From assembly GCF_009914755.1 (NCBI RefSeq), contig NC_060928.1: a DNA stretch of 64,000 nucleotides; one strand, written 5' to 3'. The DNA is from the human T2T-CHM13v2.0 reference genome, Homo sapiens. The number at the start of each line of letters is the position of its first letter. Positions within the stretch are counted from its first letter, which is position 1. The notes under the pieces were generated by a model. That model saw only the letters and a program-made list of their open reading frames with translations. It had not been told where the DNA came from and searched no databases. The position numbers and the translations under genes are program-made. Positions 1 to 12,140 of the stretch are shown one piece after another.

Positions 1-459
1 AAAACACACTAAAATAATGGTGGATTCACTCTGTAGGGAGATGACTTGCCTGTAACTACACGAAAACAGAAAACTGAAAATCATCCACCTCACCTGAGGA
101 CAGGAAAAAAAATATGTACACAAGAGGATTGCCCACCCTAAGAAGATAGATAATTCCTTGTTCTACCACAGAATAGGAGGAGAATTCAGCCAAAGAAGCC
201 GTAAACATTCAACGTTGCGTCCCCACAAATAGTGAATCATGGCCAGTGAATTACATTCTTGGACCAAGCAGATGATAATGCCTTTTCTGTTAGAGGGAAA
301 CTAGACAAGGGAAAGAAGATTATGGAAAGGGAAGGCAAGTATCATTACATGAATGTGCTTTGCACAATATTTGTACCATAATGTGCTCCTCAAGTTAGCA
401 TTCTTTGAACCAAGTGTTTTGTTGTAAAACATAGAATATTTTACCCCTTAGTAGAAGAC

Positions 460-922
460 CAAATGCACCAATGGTACCAGTATTTTCCACCTTCGTGTAT
501 CCATGTCATTTGGTGGACTCTTTCAGTGACTCTCTGGTCTTGAGCATGACACTTGTGTTAGCCAATGGGTCAATAGCAAACTTGATGCAAACAAAGACTT
601 GAAAAAGTACTTGAATATTTCCAGCTTTTCCCTTGGGCTCTCTCAACTGCCTGAGAACATGTCCAGACTATCCTGCTGGAGGATGAGACACACGGAGCAG
701 AGCCAGTTACCCAGCCAAAGCCATCCTAGACCATCCAACAGCCAGAAGACCACTAGACATGTGATAGTCAGCCTCAGCCAAGACCATAACTGCCCAGCCA
801 AGCACATCCAAGATCAGCAAAACTCCCCAGGCAACCCACAGATTTATGAGGAATAATAAATGGTTACTGTTTCAAGTCACTAAGTTTGGGGGGTTTTTTA
901 ATATGGAAATAGTTAATTGACA
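460..922 (+). mobile_element. MLT1 (G/H-like) MaLR solo LTR
   Basis: Typical MLT1 body (gccaatgg...gacttgaaaa...cctgctggaggatgagacacacggagcagagcc) and 3' end aataaatggttactgtttcaagtcactaagtttgggg...agttaattgaca. Confidence 0.75.
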
Positions 923-1084
923 TGCCCCTCTTGGAGATTCCCATATATAACTATGATCTTCCAAACTTCTTTTACCATGGAACATTTTAAGAGTATAATT
1001 CCACAGACAATACTCTAGGGAAACACTAGATTTTTAAAAAATGTAATAATAGAAGTGCTACAGGGTGCCAATTTTAGAGATATA

Positions 1085-1440
1085 ACAAAGAAAAGACAAT
1101 GTGGATTTGATGACTGAATGTTTTGGGGAAGAACAGGAAGTAAAACCAATAACATGTGTTTAAAATCCTGAACACTTGAGAAGACTGTGGTATTAATGAC
1201 AGAATTAGGCAACTAAGGAAGAGTGGGTTTAAGGGGAAAAAGTTGTGATACAGTTTGAGATATTAAACCTGAAGGAAATGCACTACCTCCAGGAAGTGAG
1301 ATCCTGCAAGCATTAGAAAAGCACAAATGATGCCGAAGGAGAGGTTGCATTGTCCTGTAGATTCTAAATGGTGAACACCTGACCCATGAAAGGAGCCCAT
1401 GCACAGGATGAGAGTCAAGGGCTAATTAAGGAGTCTCAGA
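1085..1440 (-). mobile_element. L2 LINE fragment
   Basis: Degenerate purine-rich antisense L2-like text (ggatttgatgactgaatg...gaagactgtggtattaatgacagaattagg). Confidence 0.5.
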
Positions 1441-1639
1441 TAGGTGTAATATAGGTGGCCACAATATGCAGAGGCCAACAGTGGGAAAATGACTTCTCAA
1501 GGCCAATAGCAGAGTTGAGTCTCTAACTCAGACTTTTGATTTCTTCGTCACCTTACCACACTGCTCATGAGTCATTTAGCCACTAATTAGATATTGGCTC
1601 ACTGGAGGGCATCCAACCAAGATGGTAACCTAATTGGAA

Positions 1640-1950
1640 TCATATTGCATGAAGAACACTTAAAATCATTGAACTTGAAGAAAGGGAGGTAAAGTTGTTG
1701 GGTGGGGGGAAGGCTGAAAATTACCTTTGGATATCTGAAAGGCTCTTGCATGTGGAAAACAGAGCAGAAATAGTCACTGTTGCTCAGAGAATTATTCTAA
1801 TGCCATGTGAAGCCATGGCCCCCTTCCCTAGGAGCAGTCCAGCAAAAGTGGTGTGGCCATCTGCCAAGGACGTGCAGATGGATCAGAAATAGAGTGAGAG
1901 AGTGAGTTAAAACACTCTCAAGTCTTATTCCAAATCTCTGATCCTGCAGT
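1640..1950 (+). mobile_element. L3/CR1 LINE fragment
   Basis: atatctgaaaggctcttgcatgtggaaaacagagcaga...tgttgctcagaga resembles the L3 3' region. Confidence 0.45.
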
Positions 1951-2699
1951 CTACAAACAGATCTTTTCTAGTCTCCTTTTCTAGTTTTGACTATCTGCAA
2001 TAAGTTGACCTGCTACCCTAAATCACCAAGGAAGTAAAAAGAAGCCTTCAGATTTGCTCACCATGACCGAAACCAATGAAAAGTGACTCAGAGACTGCAA
2101 ACTTAAAGACATGACTTCTGTGTCTCCAGTACTCCACAGTGACAAGCACATGGTGGGCATCTGTGTGCCATCTGACAATTGGGAAGAAACTCAGCACCTC
2201 CTGAGTGGCTTCCCTTTGAAGTTGGGTTAGATCATTTTCTACCACTCTGAATAAAAGCATTTCAGTTGAGTTCCAATCTCTAAACATTAGTAATGTATAC
2301 CAAGGGGAACATGGGGTTTTCAAGCAAGTCTCATTTTTCCTTGACCTCTTCCTCAGTGTCTTCACATGTTTGATAGAACTCAGCAAAGACTGTATTATAA
2401 AATCCAGATGAAGCTACCTGGGTTTCAGGATATAATTTGAAACTTGGATGCTGCATGCAAGCAAAGGAGTATAAATAAAGTTAACATACAAAGCCTAATA
2501 TATGAAAAACATGAAAAATGCTCAAGGCTTATAATTGCATTCAGATAGGAAAGTGTTTGCTGCCTCTAGTAGTTTAGAACATCTTTCAGAAGTAATCTGT
2601 ACTCATCTCAAATACCCATCTTAGCAATGAATACCTAGGAAAATACATGGTTTAAGCATATTTTCTTCATTTGACATGAATATGTTTTCACCAACACTT

Positions 2700-2946
2700 G
2701 AGAGCTTGGATTGCTGGAAACAAACAGCCTAGGTTCAAATCCCAGATTTGTTTCTTACCTTCTGTGTGACATTGAGCTGGTCACTTAACCTCTGCATTTC
2801 ACAGTCTCCATTGGTAAAATAAGGATAATGTTGGTATCTACTTCATAGGCTTGTTGGCAGCATACGATGAGTTTGTACATTTATAGAGCACTAAAATACT
2901 GCCTAATACATAGTTAACGCTCAATGAATGTTTGCAATTATTGTTA
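2700..2946 (+). mobile_element. MIR SINE, near full length
   Basis: ggttcaaatccc...tgtgtgac...tcacttaacctctg...gtaaaataaggataat...catagttaacgctcaatgaatgtt core and tail. Confidence 0.85.
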
Positions 2947-3613
2947 CTGTTGCTTTGAAATCATAGAAGGAAAAAAGGGTCTGACCCATTTTTAAAAGGT
3001 CTGTGGAATGAAGGAAGCTGCATTTCTAGTGGAAATGCTCCAAATACCTGAGGAGGAAACAAAGTGTATGAACTAGGACTTTCTGTACCTCTCTCTGTTC
3101 AGAGCAGTTCAAAGCCAGTAGGAAAAGCATGTGGCCTCAGTGAATGGCAGTTTGTAGGAAAATTAGCTCTTGGTCAGCATTAATAAGACATTTACTCTAT
3201 TTCCACTGAGAAGCAGCCTGGAACAGTCAATGTCAGAACACACAGTAAAGCAAACATTTAGGCAAGTGGAGTTTATAGCAGTAAATGCTACGGAGAGTAT
3301 TTAACTTGTATTAATAACTTGGAGTTTATAAATTCCTTTACGCTCTGCTTTGAAGGTTGTTCATGAAAATCTAATAGTAAGTCATTGGATAATTTTCTTA
3401 ATAAATGCATACATTTTTAAAAGATGGAGAGTAAATTTTGTTTTCAACATCTATTTCTCTCACTAATCTTTCCATGATTTTCAATTTACTTAGCCTATTA
3501 GCACACAATTTATAAAGCTCAAATTTGTACAAGTACTCACAACTGGCATTTAGCTGGATTGTCTTTGCAAGGGCAAGAAAGTAGGGATTTACAGTTAACA
3601 TAAAAATAGCTAT

Positions 3614-3932
3614 CAAAGGGCAAACAGTTTCAGTTATATATGATGAATAAATCCCAGATATTTATCATACAGCATAGTATCTATAGTTAACAATACTTAT
3701 TGTATGCTTAAACATTTGCTAAGAGAAAAGAAATTATATGAAGTGTTCTTATGACAAAATAACAATAATAATAAATAAGGAGGGAGAAAAAAATTTTGGG
3801 GGGAGATGAATATATAGGTGGCATTGATTGTGGTTTCACTGATGTATATTTATCTCCAAACTCATCAAGTTGTACACATTAAATACGTATAGCATATTGT
3901 ATACCATTATACCTCAATATGGTATTCTATAA
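3614..3932 (+). mobile_element. L1MB-type 3' end fragment
   Basis: atagttaacaatact...tttgctaagaga...aataataataaataagg...tatctccaaactcatcaagttgtacacattaaatac. Confidence 0.75.
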
Positions 3933-4699
3933 AACAGCTCTCATTTGTTGAGCATTTACTATTGGGTTGGAAACTTTTCTCCATTCTTTAAATATAATAT
4001 TTTACTTAATGGTCCAAGAAGCTTTCAAAGTGCTTGTATTAGAGCAACTGACACTAGCTAACTATGACAAATATATCCCAAAACTCGATGGAGAGACACA
4101 ATGTAAGTGTGTATACTATTCAGGAAGATTCGATGCAGGCTAAGCAACTCTCCTAGGCAGCAGACCACTGAGGGATCCCCCAGGGTTCAGCCTTCCTTCT
4201 ATTACTGGGCTCCACCTCCTCTGAGTCATTTGCTTCCTGCCACATGGAGAGAAGGAGAAAGAATGTGGAGTAGGCACATCAGCTCTTGATTACCTCAGCC
4301 CAGAAGTACCCACCCCATGACTTCTGCTCACGTCCCATTGACCAAAAATCAATCATACAGTCAACCACACTGCAAAGGAGGCTGGGAAATGTAGAAGAAT
4401 ACACAAGCATCAGTAAGCACCAAAAGTATCTGCCATAGTTTACTCCCTGGTTACCAAGAATCAATGTCCTCTCCTCTTTCCAAACAACAGAACATCCCTA
4501 CTGCCCCTGCCACTGCCCCCACTCCAACCCCTGAGAGTAAGCAACCTCTAATCCCACCGCTCACTGCATTCAGCACCTCCAAGGTAATCTGGACTTCTGG
4601 GGCATGTGGAGTTCGCTGCGTAACTCTGGGTGTGGCTGTCTCTTGATCCAGTGACCTATGAACTAGAAAGGAAGTGATCTATGAATGAAACGTACAAGT

Positions 4700-4747
<48 letters not shown>

Positions 4748-4753
4748 ACACAC
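4700..4753. repeat. (CT)n(CA)n microsatellite, left part
   Basis: Directly visible. Confidence 0.95.
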
Positions 4754-5175
4754 TGTGTTAGTCTGTTTTCATGCTGCTGATAAAGACATACCCAAGGCTG
4801 GGTGATTTATAAGGAAAAAGAGGTTTAATGGATCCAAGGTTCCACGTGACTGGGGAGGCCTCACAATCATGGTGGAAGGCAAAAGGCATGTCTTACATGG
4901 CAGCAGGCAAGAGAGAATGAGAATCAAGTGAAAGAGAGAAAAAAAAGAAGGAAAAAAAACAGAAACGAAAATAAAAAGAGAATCAAGAAAAAGGGATTTC
5001 CCCTTACAAAACCATCAGACCTCATGAGATTTATTCACTACCATGAGAACAGCATGGGAGAACAACCCCCATGATTCAATTATCTCCCACCTGGTCCCTT
5101 CCACAACATGTGGAAATTATGGGAACTACAATTCAAGATAAGATTTGGGTGGGAACACAGCCAAACCATATCTCA
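4754..5175 (-). mobile_element. THE1C-like MaLR solo LTR with a 43-bp A-rich insertion
   Basis: tgtgttagtctgttttcatgctgctgataaagacataccc...aaggcaaaaggcatgtcttacatgg...gatttgggtgggaacacagccaaaccatatc. Flanks cacac/tacac are compatible with a 5-bp TSD. Confidence 0.9.
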
Positions 5176-5176
5176 T

Positions 5177-5210
<34 letters not shown>

Positions 5211-5211
5211 A
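5176..5211. repeat. (CA)n microsatellite, right part
   Basis: Directly visible. Confidence 0.95.
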
Positions 5212-6149
5212 ATGTAATAGCAATAAGAGAACCATAATATAAAATCCAATTTGGAAAAGGGAAGAATGGGAAACAGAGCAGCCACTGATGCCCAGGCTGG
5301 CCAGGCCAACATAGTAAAGGCTCACTACCTTGTAGGTGGAGTTGGTTCTTGGCTGTGGTTCTGCTCTCCAGGGAATATTACTTTGTCCACCAAAGGAGTA
5401 TTTCTCTGTGGCCACCAGTTCTTCCTTCTGAGAGGCTCCCCTTGCCCATTCTCCTTGGCCACCTCAGAGGTGGGTTTCGGGGAGCTTTCCCTCCATGCAG
5501 GCCTACAGCCAGCCTCCTGCCAGTGGGAGAAGTTGTTCCCAGCCTTGAGAGATATTTGTAGTACAGGATTACAGGTTTTTTGTTTTTAGCAATATACATC
5601 CCTCAAAAAATTGGAGGCTACTACAAGCCATCAAATGTAGGTACTCTTTCCCAACTCCCTCTTATTTCTGTTTATAAATTAGCTATTTCTTTCCTGAGCT
5701 CATCTCATTCTTGAAACACTTTGCCAAATGCACTCAAAAGTACCCAACACACATAACTAACATTCTCTCCCCATCCTTTTCCCTTAGAGCTACAGAGTTA
5801 CTTAGCACATATTGCCTTACAAACTGTCATAGGTGTCAGTTTCACCAAATGTTTAGCTACTGCGAAACATGGAACTTCATCTTTCCAGCCTTTGATATCA
5901 GTTCCCTTGACACTCACAATGAGGCCAATGCCACTATGTTTAGGTTTGTGTCAGAGCAGCATCCCATGCCCATTATCAGTTTTGAAATGGGTCAGGAAAA
6001 GCTAAGCTAGCTGCTATCATGAACATCCCTAAATCTCAGTGACTCCTCAGTAGGTCTTGTTAACTACCTGATGGGCAGCAAAGTGCTTAATTCATATTTG
6101 TTGTATACAATTATGTGAATAGATTGCTTTTACTTATTGGCATTTAATA

Positions 6150-6245
6150 TTTCTCAACTGAGGAAACCAAAGCTCAAAGAAAGTAATACATCCAAGGTCA
6201 CATAACTGGAATGTGGTAAATCCAGGATCTGAGTTCAGGTCTATG
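6150..6245 (-). mobile_element. MIR fragment
   Basis: tgaggaaaccaaagctcaaaga...ccaaggtcacataact...ggatctgagttcaggtct. Confidence 0.7.
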
Positions 6246-6936
6246 ACACTACATGTGCTGGTGCCTGCAAATCTCTCCTCAGTGGAAATTAGAGTGAAAA
6301 TAGACTCCATCTTTTCTCTGCATTCACAGCAATTAAAACCTAAAACTTGAACATTTCCTTGTAGTTTTAAATCCTTTCTTTCTTTGCATAATTAAAATCA
6401 GAGGTATTATCCTCTGCCCATTGCATAATAGTTATTTCAGGTGACTCAGAAAACATAGCAGAAAGGAAGCTATAGTTTTTGAAATAATGAATGAGGTTTG
6501 TTTCCTGAAACTTGTTTGCATAACTTTGCACAGTGAACATACTTAATAGATTATGCCCATGTCAATATTTCTATTATCTACCAATTGGTCTGTTTATTTA
6601 ACTGATGTTTTCTATTCATTTAGGAAACTTTAATACATCATAACTATTCATTAATGTATGCCTGGCAAAGGTATGTATTGTCCTATGTTTACTTCTATAC
6701 AAGCTTTGACATATTAACCATCTCTAATGGGAACATATACGCAAACCAAAATTGTCAAATCTGTTGGTTGGTGTGAACATATGCAATACTTTATTTATTC
6801 AGTATTTTTTGAGCACCTATTATCTATCAGGTACTAAGCAAGATCTGTTTTGAGATATACCATCAAATATTTTTCAAATCATCATTTTCAGTTGATCACA
6901 CTGTAAGTTGGCTATAATTTGAATTCACAAATGCTC

Positions 6937-6939
<3 letters not shown>

Positions 6940-6979
<40 letters not shown>
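6940..6979. repeat. (TG)20 microsatellite
   Basis: Directly visible perfect repeat. Confidence 0.97.
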
Positions 6980-6980
<1 letters not shown>

Positions 6981-7499
6981 TTTAGTGGCAGTTGATGGAA
7001 AGTAGTAAAAATAATAACATTTGTAACATTGGTTACAGATCAAATGTCAGAAGATTTATTCAGCCACAGACACTGCAAAGTAAGCATCTTCTCTAGTTTA
7101 TGATTCGTATGTAAGATAAAGTTTAAAATAAGACCAATGCAAACATCATTTTAGGTAGTTCCCCTTTTGTGAAAAAAATTGCATATAATAATTCCGATTT
7201 TTCATTCAGATAAATTAGGCACAAATTGCATGGAAATAATTCTGTTAGCAAAAGTGACGTTTAAACATAATTTCACTAGCATCACTTTTCCATAAGTTGG
7301 GGCATAAACTTTCCTATGTACTCTTTTTGCTTCCAGTGAAATGATATCATTTGGTCTTTAGGCATCACTTTAAAAGGCAAAGCAACTAGAAGTAACATGG
7401 TAAGAAGAGCAATGGATAAAAGAGAGAAAGAGAACTGTTTAGATACCTGAGACTCCTGCTTTTCATTTGCCTCAGTCTGGGGTTTGCAGAAGAACACTA

Positions 7500-7883
7500 C
7501 CCACTCCTACTTGTTCTTAACTAGTGTATATATTAAGCTCTTTGAAATGTGAGTATTATGGGAAGGATCGCAGTTGCTTTAAATTATAGAAGTTGGCAAG
7601 TCCCTGGGAGAAGGAGTGGGAGGTTGTTTAAACTGAGAAAGACAGTTGCAAAACTTCGTACAACAGCATGAGCTCCAAGCTTCAAACGCATTCTCATGCT
7701 CAGACGAGCACTTTATTTTTCATCAAGTTATTTTTTGCATTGTTTTGGAGTAGCTTCGAATAATAAACACATATTTCTGCTTTAAATTTTTAATAGTTAA
7801 CTACATTCATGGGACAACCAAAGCAAGAAAGCCTCATGTTTTGGGGGAAAGTTTGATATCAGCAATGTCCAGACAAGGTAAGC
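7500..7883 (+). promoter_or_regulatory. Candidate promoter/first exon A, ending at splice donor AAG|gtaagc (7877|7878)
   Basis: Near-consensus donor in a long repeat-free block. TATA-like AT stretches at ~7524-7537 and ~7579-7590. No clear upstream acceptor. TSS not determinable. Confidence 0.5.
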
Positions 7884-9219
7884 TACCATTTTCACTGCAG
7901 TTTTTCTCTTTTTCCCTCCTATTCGGCCTTCATCAAAATATTTCCTGGGAGAACTTAAGAAAGCTCCTTGTAAAGAAATGGGGGAACTTGTAAAAATATG
8001 TCAACAAATGATAAATCAGAGGTTAGAAAACCTCCGCAGGAGAGCGTTCTCCTACTTTCTATTCTGCTTGATTCATGAACCTCTGTAAATATCTTTCACT
8101 ATATAAAAAATCCCATTTGTTTCAGAAAATGTAAGCGGAGTCTTCAAAATCTCCAATCTGATGAACTTAGCATTTGTCAGTGTGGTGACAGGCTAACTTA
8201 TTCCCAAGGTCAGCTTATCTATGTTTTCTTATCCCCTTATATGCAACTCAACTTCCGGAGCTGTGATTCTTCTATTAACTTGGAAATGTTTCCCAAGGAA
8301 GATTTTAATATCTTTCCAAAAATCCTCCTAAGTGCAGTTACTATGGCTTCTTATTAACTTGTTTTGCAGAATATATTTTTAAAAGTTAAATAAATCATTT
8401 GTCTTTTCCCTTGTAATTGACACGGGAGGATGTTACAGATATTATATATCCTGGGAGAAGGAAACAGTTCAACTCAACATTCATTAATTCAAGTCACAGT
8501 CGGCTGACAATGTTATCTAAATAGGGTGACTTTGCCTTCTCGATTGTGCCTCATACACAGGTAGGGAGCAGCGAGGATAAGATATTTTCTTGTTTTTCTG
8601 TGCATTGGTCACTTGAGAAGTATCTTGTGCATTGAGGTGGAGGGGCATATAAATATGAGATGTGTTGTTCCCTTTTTCCCTGAGAATGTCTCTGTTATCA
8701 GTGTTCCCATCTGTCTGAGGCACAATTCCAGGTGCAAAAAACTAGATTGTCACAGAAATCTGCACATTCTTCCAGCAGGCTGAGATTTTATCACAGCTCC
8801 ACATTCATTCCTTCACGCACACAAGCGTGCTCACAGGCAAAGATTATAAAACCCTGTGGATTTGACAGAGCTTGAGTGGTTTGCGACATTTAGGTGACCT
8901 CAGGCTGCAAAACCCACTGGTACAGAAACATTAGCAAGGCGAATTTCTCAGCCATTAGGCCTGGGTGAGCAATTTGAGGGCCGCCTGGGACCCTGCTCTT
9001 GGGCTGAGAGGGCTCTGCCTTCTTGCTATACCAGTTCTTTCTCTGTTTCTGGAATATTTTTTCTGTCTGTGTCAAATTCTAGTTACATAAAGTGGACTGT
9101 TGTGGCTTCCTCTGCCTCATGGTCTCAACGATAAGAAAGGGATTAAGGTTAAGAAGGACACTTTGCTCATTGCAGAGTGATCAGGAGACACCATTAGTTG
9201 CCTCTCTCCACCCATAGTT

Positions 9220-10000
9220 AATGCAGCGAGTGACCCGCGACTGCCAATTCCTTATCCTTCTCTTTCCCAAATCTTCTTCTATTCTCCCTTTCCCCTCCAC
9301 TTCTGTCTACACCAGCCTATAGAACATTAAGAAAGGGAGCAGTGGGTCGGACACACAATATTACTGTCTCCTTCCCGGTCCTCTCGGACCATCCCCAGGC
9401 TGGTCGGGGAAGCCCCCACCCTATTTGGAGTGGGGTCTCCGGGGCCCCACCCATGACCTCATCGCAGGCAGCTCTAGAGCTGGGATGGCCAGCGTTTGCA
9501 TGGCGCCTGAGTGCACCCTGGGGACGGGTGCGGCAGAGAAATGCACAGTGTGGCATGACGTGACTGCTGAGAAGCCGGAGCGCGAACTTCCTCACGGGCT
9601 CCAATGGAGGCTGGCGGCATCTCTGGAAGTCAGGCCCGCCAGGCCCCACCCCAGGGCCCCAGAGGGCCCCAAAGAGGACAAAAACAAAAAGGCTATTAGG
9701 GTTGCTAATGAAGCCCAAGCCAGCTGACTCATCTAAGGCGCAGTCACTGGGGGGCTTTGTAATGAAACCTGGACAGAGCCCTGGAAAGGACAGGTCAGGG
9801 TTGTCCCATAAAGGGCGCTGATGAGAGAGGCCCACAGTGACCTAATCGCACCTCCTCGCCTCCGAGAGGCTGGGAGAGAAAGGCAGCGTCTGCAAGGGAC
9901 AAGAGTGTTAACCAATGAACTGCCGGGAGTGTGGCAGCCATGCTGTATTAGCTTTGGGTGTCAGCCAGGCTTAGTCCACGTTTCGGGCCACAAGTTTGTG
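9220..10000. promoter_or_regulatory. GC/CpG-enriched non-repeat segment, candidate enhancer or weak CpG island
   Basis: Many CpGs relative to flanks. AP-1 TGACTCA at 9725-9731 and CRE-like TGACGTGA at 9556-9563. Confidence 0.45.
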
Positions 10001-10059
10001 AACCTGGACCTGAAATGCCCCAAGGTTAGGGATCAATGGCTGATGGGCTAGAAAAAGAG

Positions 10060-10395
10060 ACCATGGTAATTCAATAAACCTTAACCGAGTGTCCACTCTG
10101 TGCCAGATACTTTATCAACGCTCTTTGAACGTGTCCTTGACAAAGACAGACCAAACATTAAAAACAGCATAGGAAAGATGGCAGGAACACAGAGGGGCTT
10201 TGCAAATCAGCCTGCTGAAATCAAAGAAAGCGTCCCACAAAGCTGTCCTTGAACTAGACCTTGAAAGATGAGTAAAATATCACGAAAGAGCCAAGAGGGC
10301 CAGGGGTCCCCAGGCAGAGGCCGGCAGGCAAAGGCACAGAGGTGCAAAGAGCATGGATGAGCCCATAAGACAAGTAGCTTGGGCCTGGCGGGGCT
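10060..10395 (-). mobile_element. L2 fragments (3' end and upstream part)
   Basis: attcaataaacc...gagtgtccactctgtgccagatact; cttgaactagaccttgaaagatgagta...aggcaaaggcacagagg. Confidence 0.6.
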
Positions 10396-10515
10396 CTATT
10401 CCCCAAAGTGTCTTGCAATGAACAGCACTTTCATGGGTTATTATTATAATAGGAGGATAACCAAAAGTATTTCCTGGTCAGGCAAGTTTTGGAATGTTGA
10501 AAACTGTGCACCATG

Positions 10516-10752
10516 GTAGATCAGCGCTCTGGCTTAGGGGTCACAAACATCTGGCTTCAAATCCCAGCTCTGCTCCTTCAATGATGTATGAACTTCGGCC
10601 CATTCAAACAGTTAGTTTCTTTATCTGTTAAATGAAGATAGTAATCACATCTATCTTCTATGGGCATTCTGAGGATTAAATTAGAGAGTCTGTGTAAGGT
10701 CTACTATCAAAATGCCTGACATATAATGAGAGCTTAGAGAATGTTAGCTATT
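10516..10752 (+). mobile_element. MIR SINE
   Basis: ttcaaatcccagctctgc...agtttctttatctgttaaatgaagatagtaat...tgaggattaaat...aatgttagctatt. Confidence 0.85.
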
Positions 10753-11494
10753 CTTACTAGCTATTAAATGCTGATTTCTTTACCTCAGTAAGTGTCACAT
10801 GTTTTAGTTGGCTAATGTGTGCACCGACTCCCGTGATCGGGTTATTAATTAAAATCTAATGTTTTCCAAACTCATTTGACCATGAAACCACTTTTTCTGA
10901 AGTATCACATAGACCAACGCATGCTGGAAAATGGTGAGGTTGAGTTGTCCTGATGAGTTGAGGCCATGTGTCCTTTAAACATTAAATCAATGTTTCCCAA
11001 GATTTAATTGAAATGTACTAATCTCCACCAGTCACTTCACAAATTCTCTTCTGTATTTCTATGAAACTGAAGCCCAACAATTGGGATTCTCATCTCTAAG
11101 AGAATTGACTTTTTTTTTTTTTAACTATGTTCAACTTTTAGGAGGAAAAGTGTCAGCAAAGCAAATTCTTTTCAGTATTTTCACACTTGGAAAGTCAGCC
11201 TTTGCCTAAGTTTGAGGACCTACTGTGGTAAAGGACAATGCAATAGGGACAGTCCAGAAGAAAATATCATCCTAACTTCAATGAGCTACCAATTGAATGG
11301 GGAAATAAAATGTGCATTCCAATATCTAAAATGCAAAATTAGATATTGCAATTTAGAATATAAGAGAATTCACAGTGAGTGGGAATTCAAAGAAGACAAG
11401 ACCACAGGTCCCTGGAGTAATACCAGTAATTAGTCACATTCTTGGACACTTACCAGATACAAAGAATTGTGCCGACTACAATAGAATTAACCCA

Positions 11495-11660
11495 CTTATA
11501 TCTTACAACCAGGTCACAAGGTGGGTGTAGACTTACCCATTTGGCAGATGAGAAAACTAAGCCCCAGAGAAATTAAGTAACCTGCCTGCAGTCTTTCAGG
11601 ACCTAAGTGGCAGAGTAAGGTTTCAAACTCAGGTCCATGTGATTCTCTGTATCCCTTACC
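11495..11660 (-). mobile_element. MIR fragment
   Basis: cccatttggcagatgagaaaactaagccccagagaaattaagtaacctgcc...ttcaaactcaggtc. Confidence 0.75.
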
Positions 11661-12140
11661 CAGGGAAGACTCCTCAGAGGAGGTAACATGCAATCTGGCC
11701 TTAAAGAATAGATAAGGATTGGTGAGAAGGGCCTTCCAGGCAGAGAGGAGAATATGAGCAAAAACACAGGAGACTGAGAGAACAGCGTGGAAAGTAGCAG
11801 GAAGGCTTCCCTGCAGACAAAGTGCATGCATATGGTGCAGAAGGAGATAAGCTTAGAGTACTTGATTGGAATCAGATCACAGAAAGCCTTGAATGCCAAA
11901 CCACAAAGTTTAGATTTTCTTTAAATGAAGTAATCATTTAGGTTTGTAAACAAGAAAGTAACGTGATGAAAACAATGAATTGGATGAGTAACCAGTGCAC
12001 AGCTGTGGCAGAGACTAAACTTCCAATTAGGAATCTAGATATGTCCAGGCAAGAGACAGCAGCAGTGGTTGCTCACACAGCTGTTAAGGAGTGGAGGTGC
12101 ACATTTGACCCAATTAACATCAAGACTTTGACTATCTCAA
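11660..12140 (-). mobile_element. L2 fragment
   Basis: ggaagactcctcagaggaggtaacatg...cttaaagaatagataagga...cagatcacagaaagccttgaatgccaa. Confidence 0.7.

Larger units (their letters stand above)
4035..6045 (-). mobile_element. Old MLT1 (J/K-like) MaLR provirus remnant: LTR ~4035-4437, internal region ~4438-5980, partial second LTR ~5982-6045
   Basis: LTR motif cttctgctcacgtcccattg...tgcaaaggaggctgggaaatgtag. Internal motifs gtgacctatgaactagaaag and aagggaagaatggg. Internal/LTR junction tttaggtttgtgtcagagcagcatccc...gctaagctagctgct...cctaaatctcagtg. Confidence 0.6.

Noticed and set aside
1-420. Possible ancient LINE (RTE/L4-like) remnant
   Set aside because: The resemblance is too faint to assign by eye.
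9317-9835. 172-aa minus-strand ORF and overlapping ORFs
   Set aside because: No recognisable domain. Several overlapping frames are open, as expected in GC-rich DNA.
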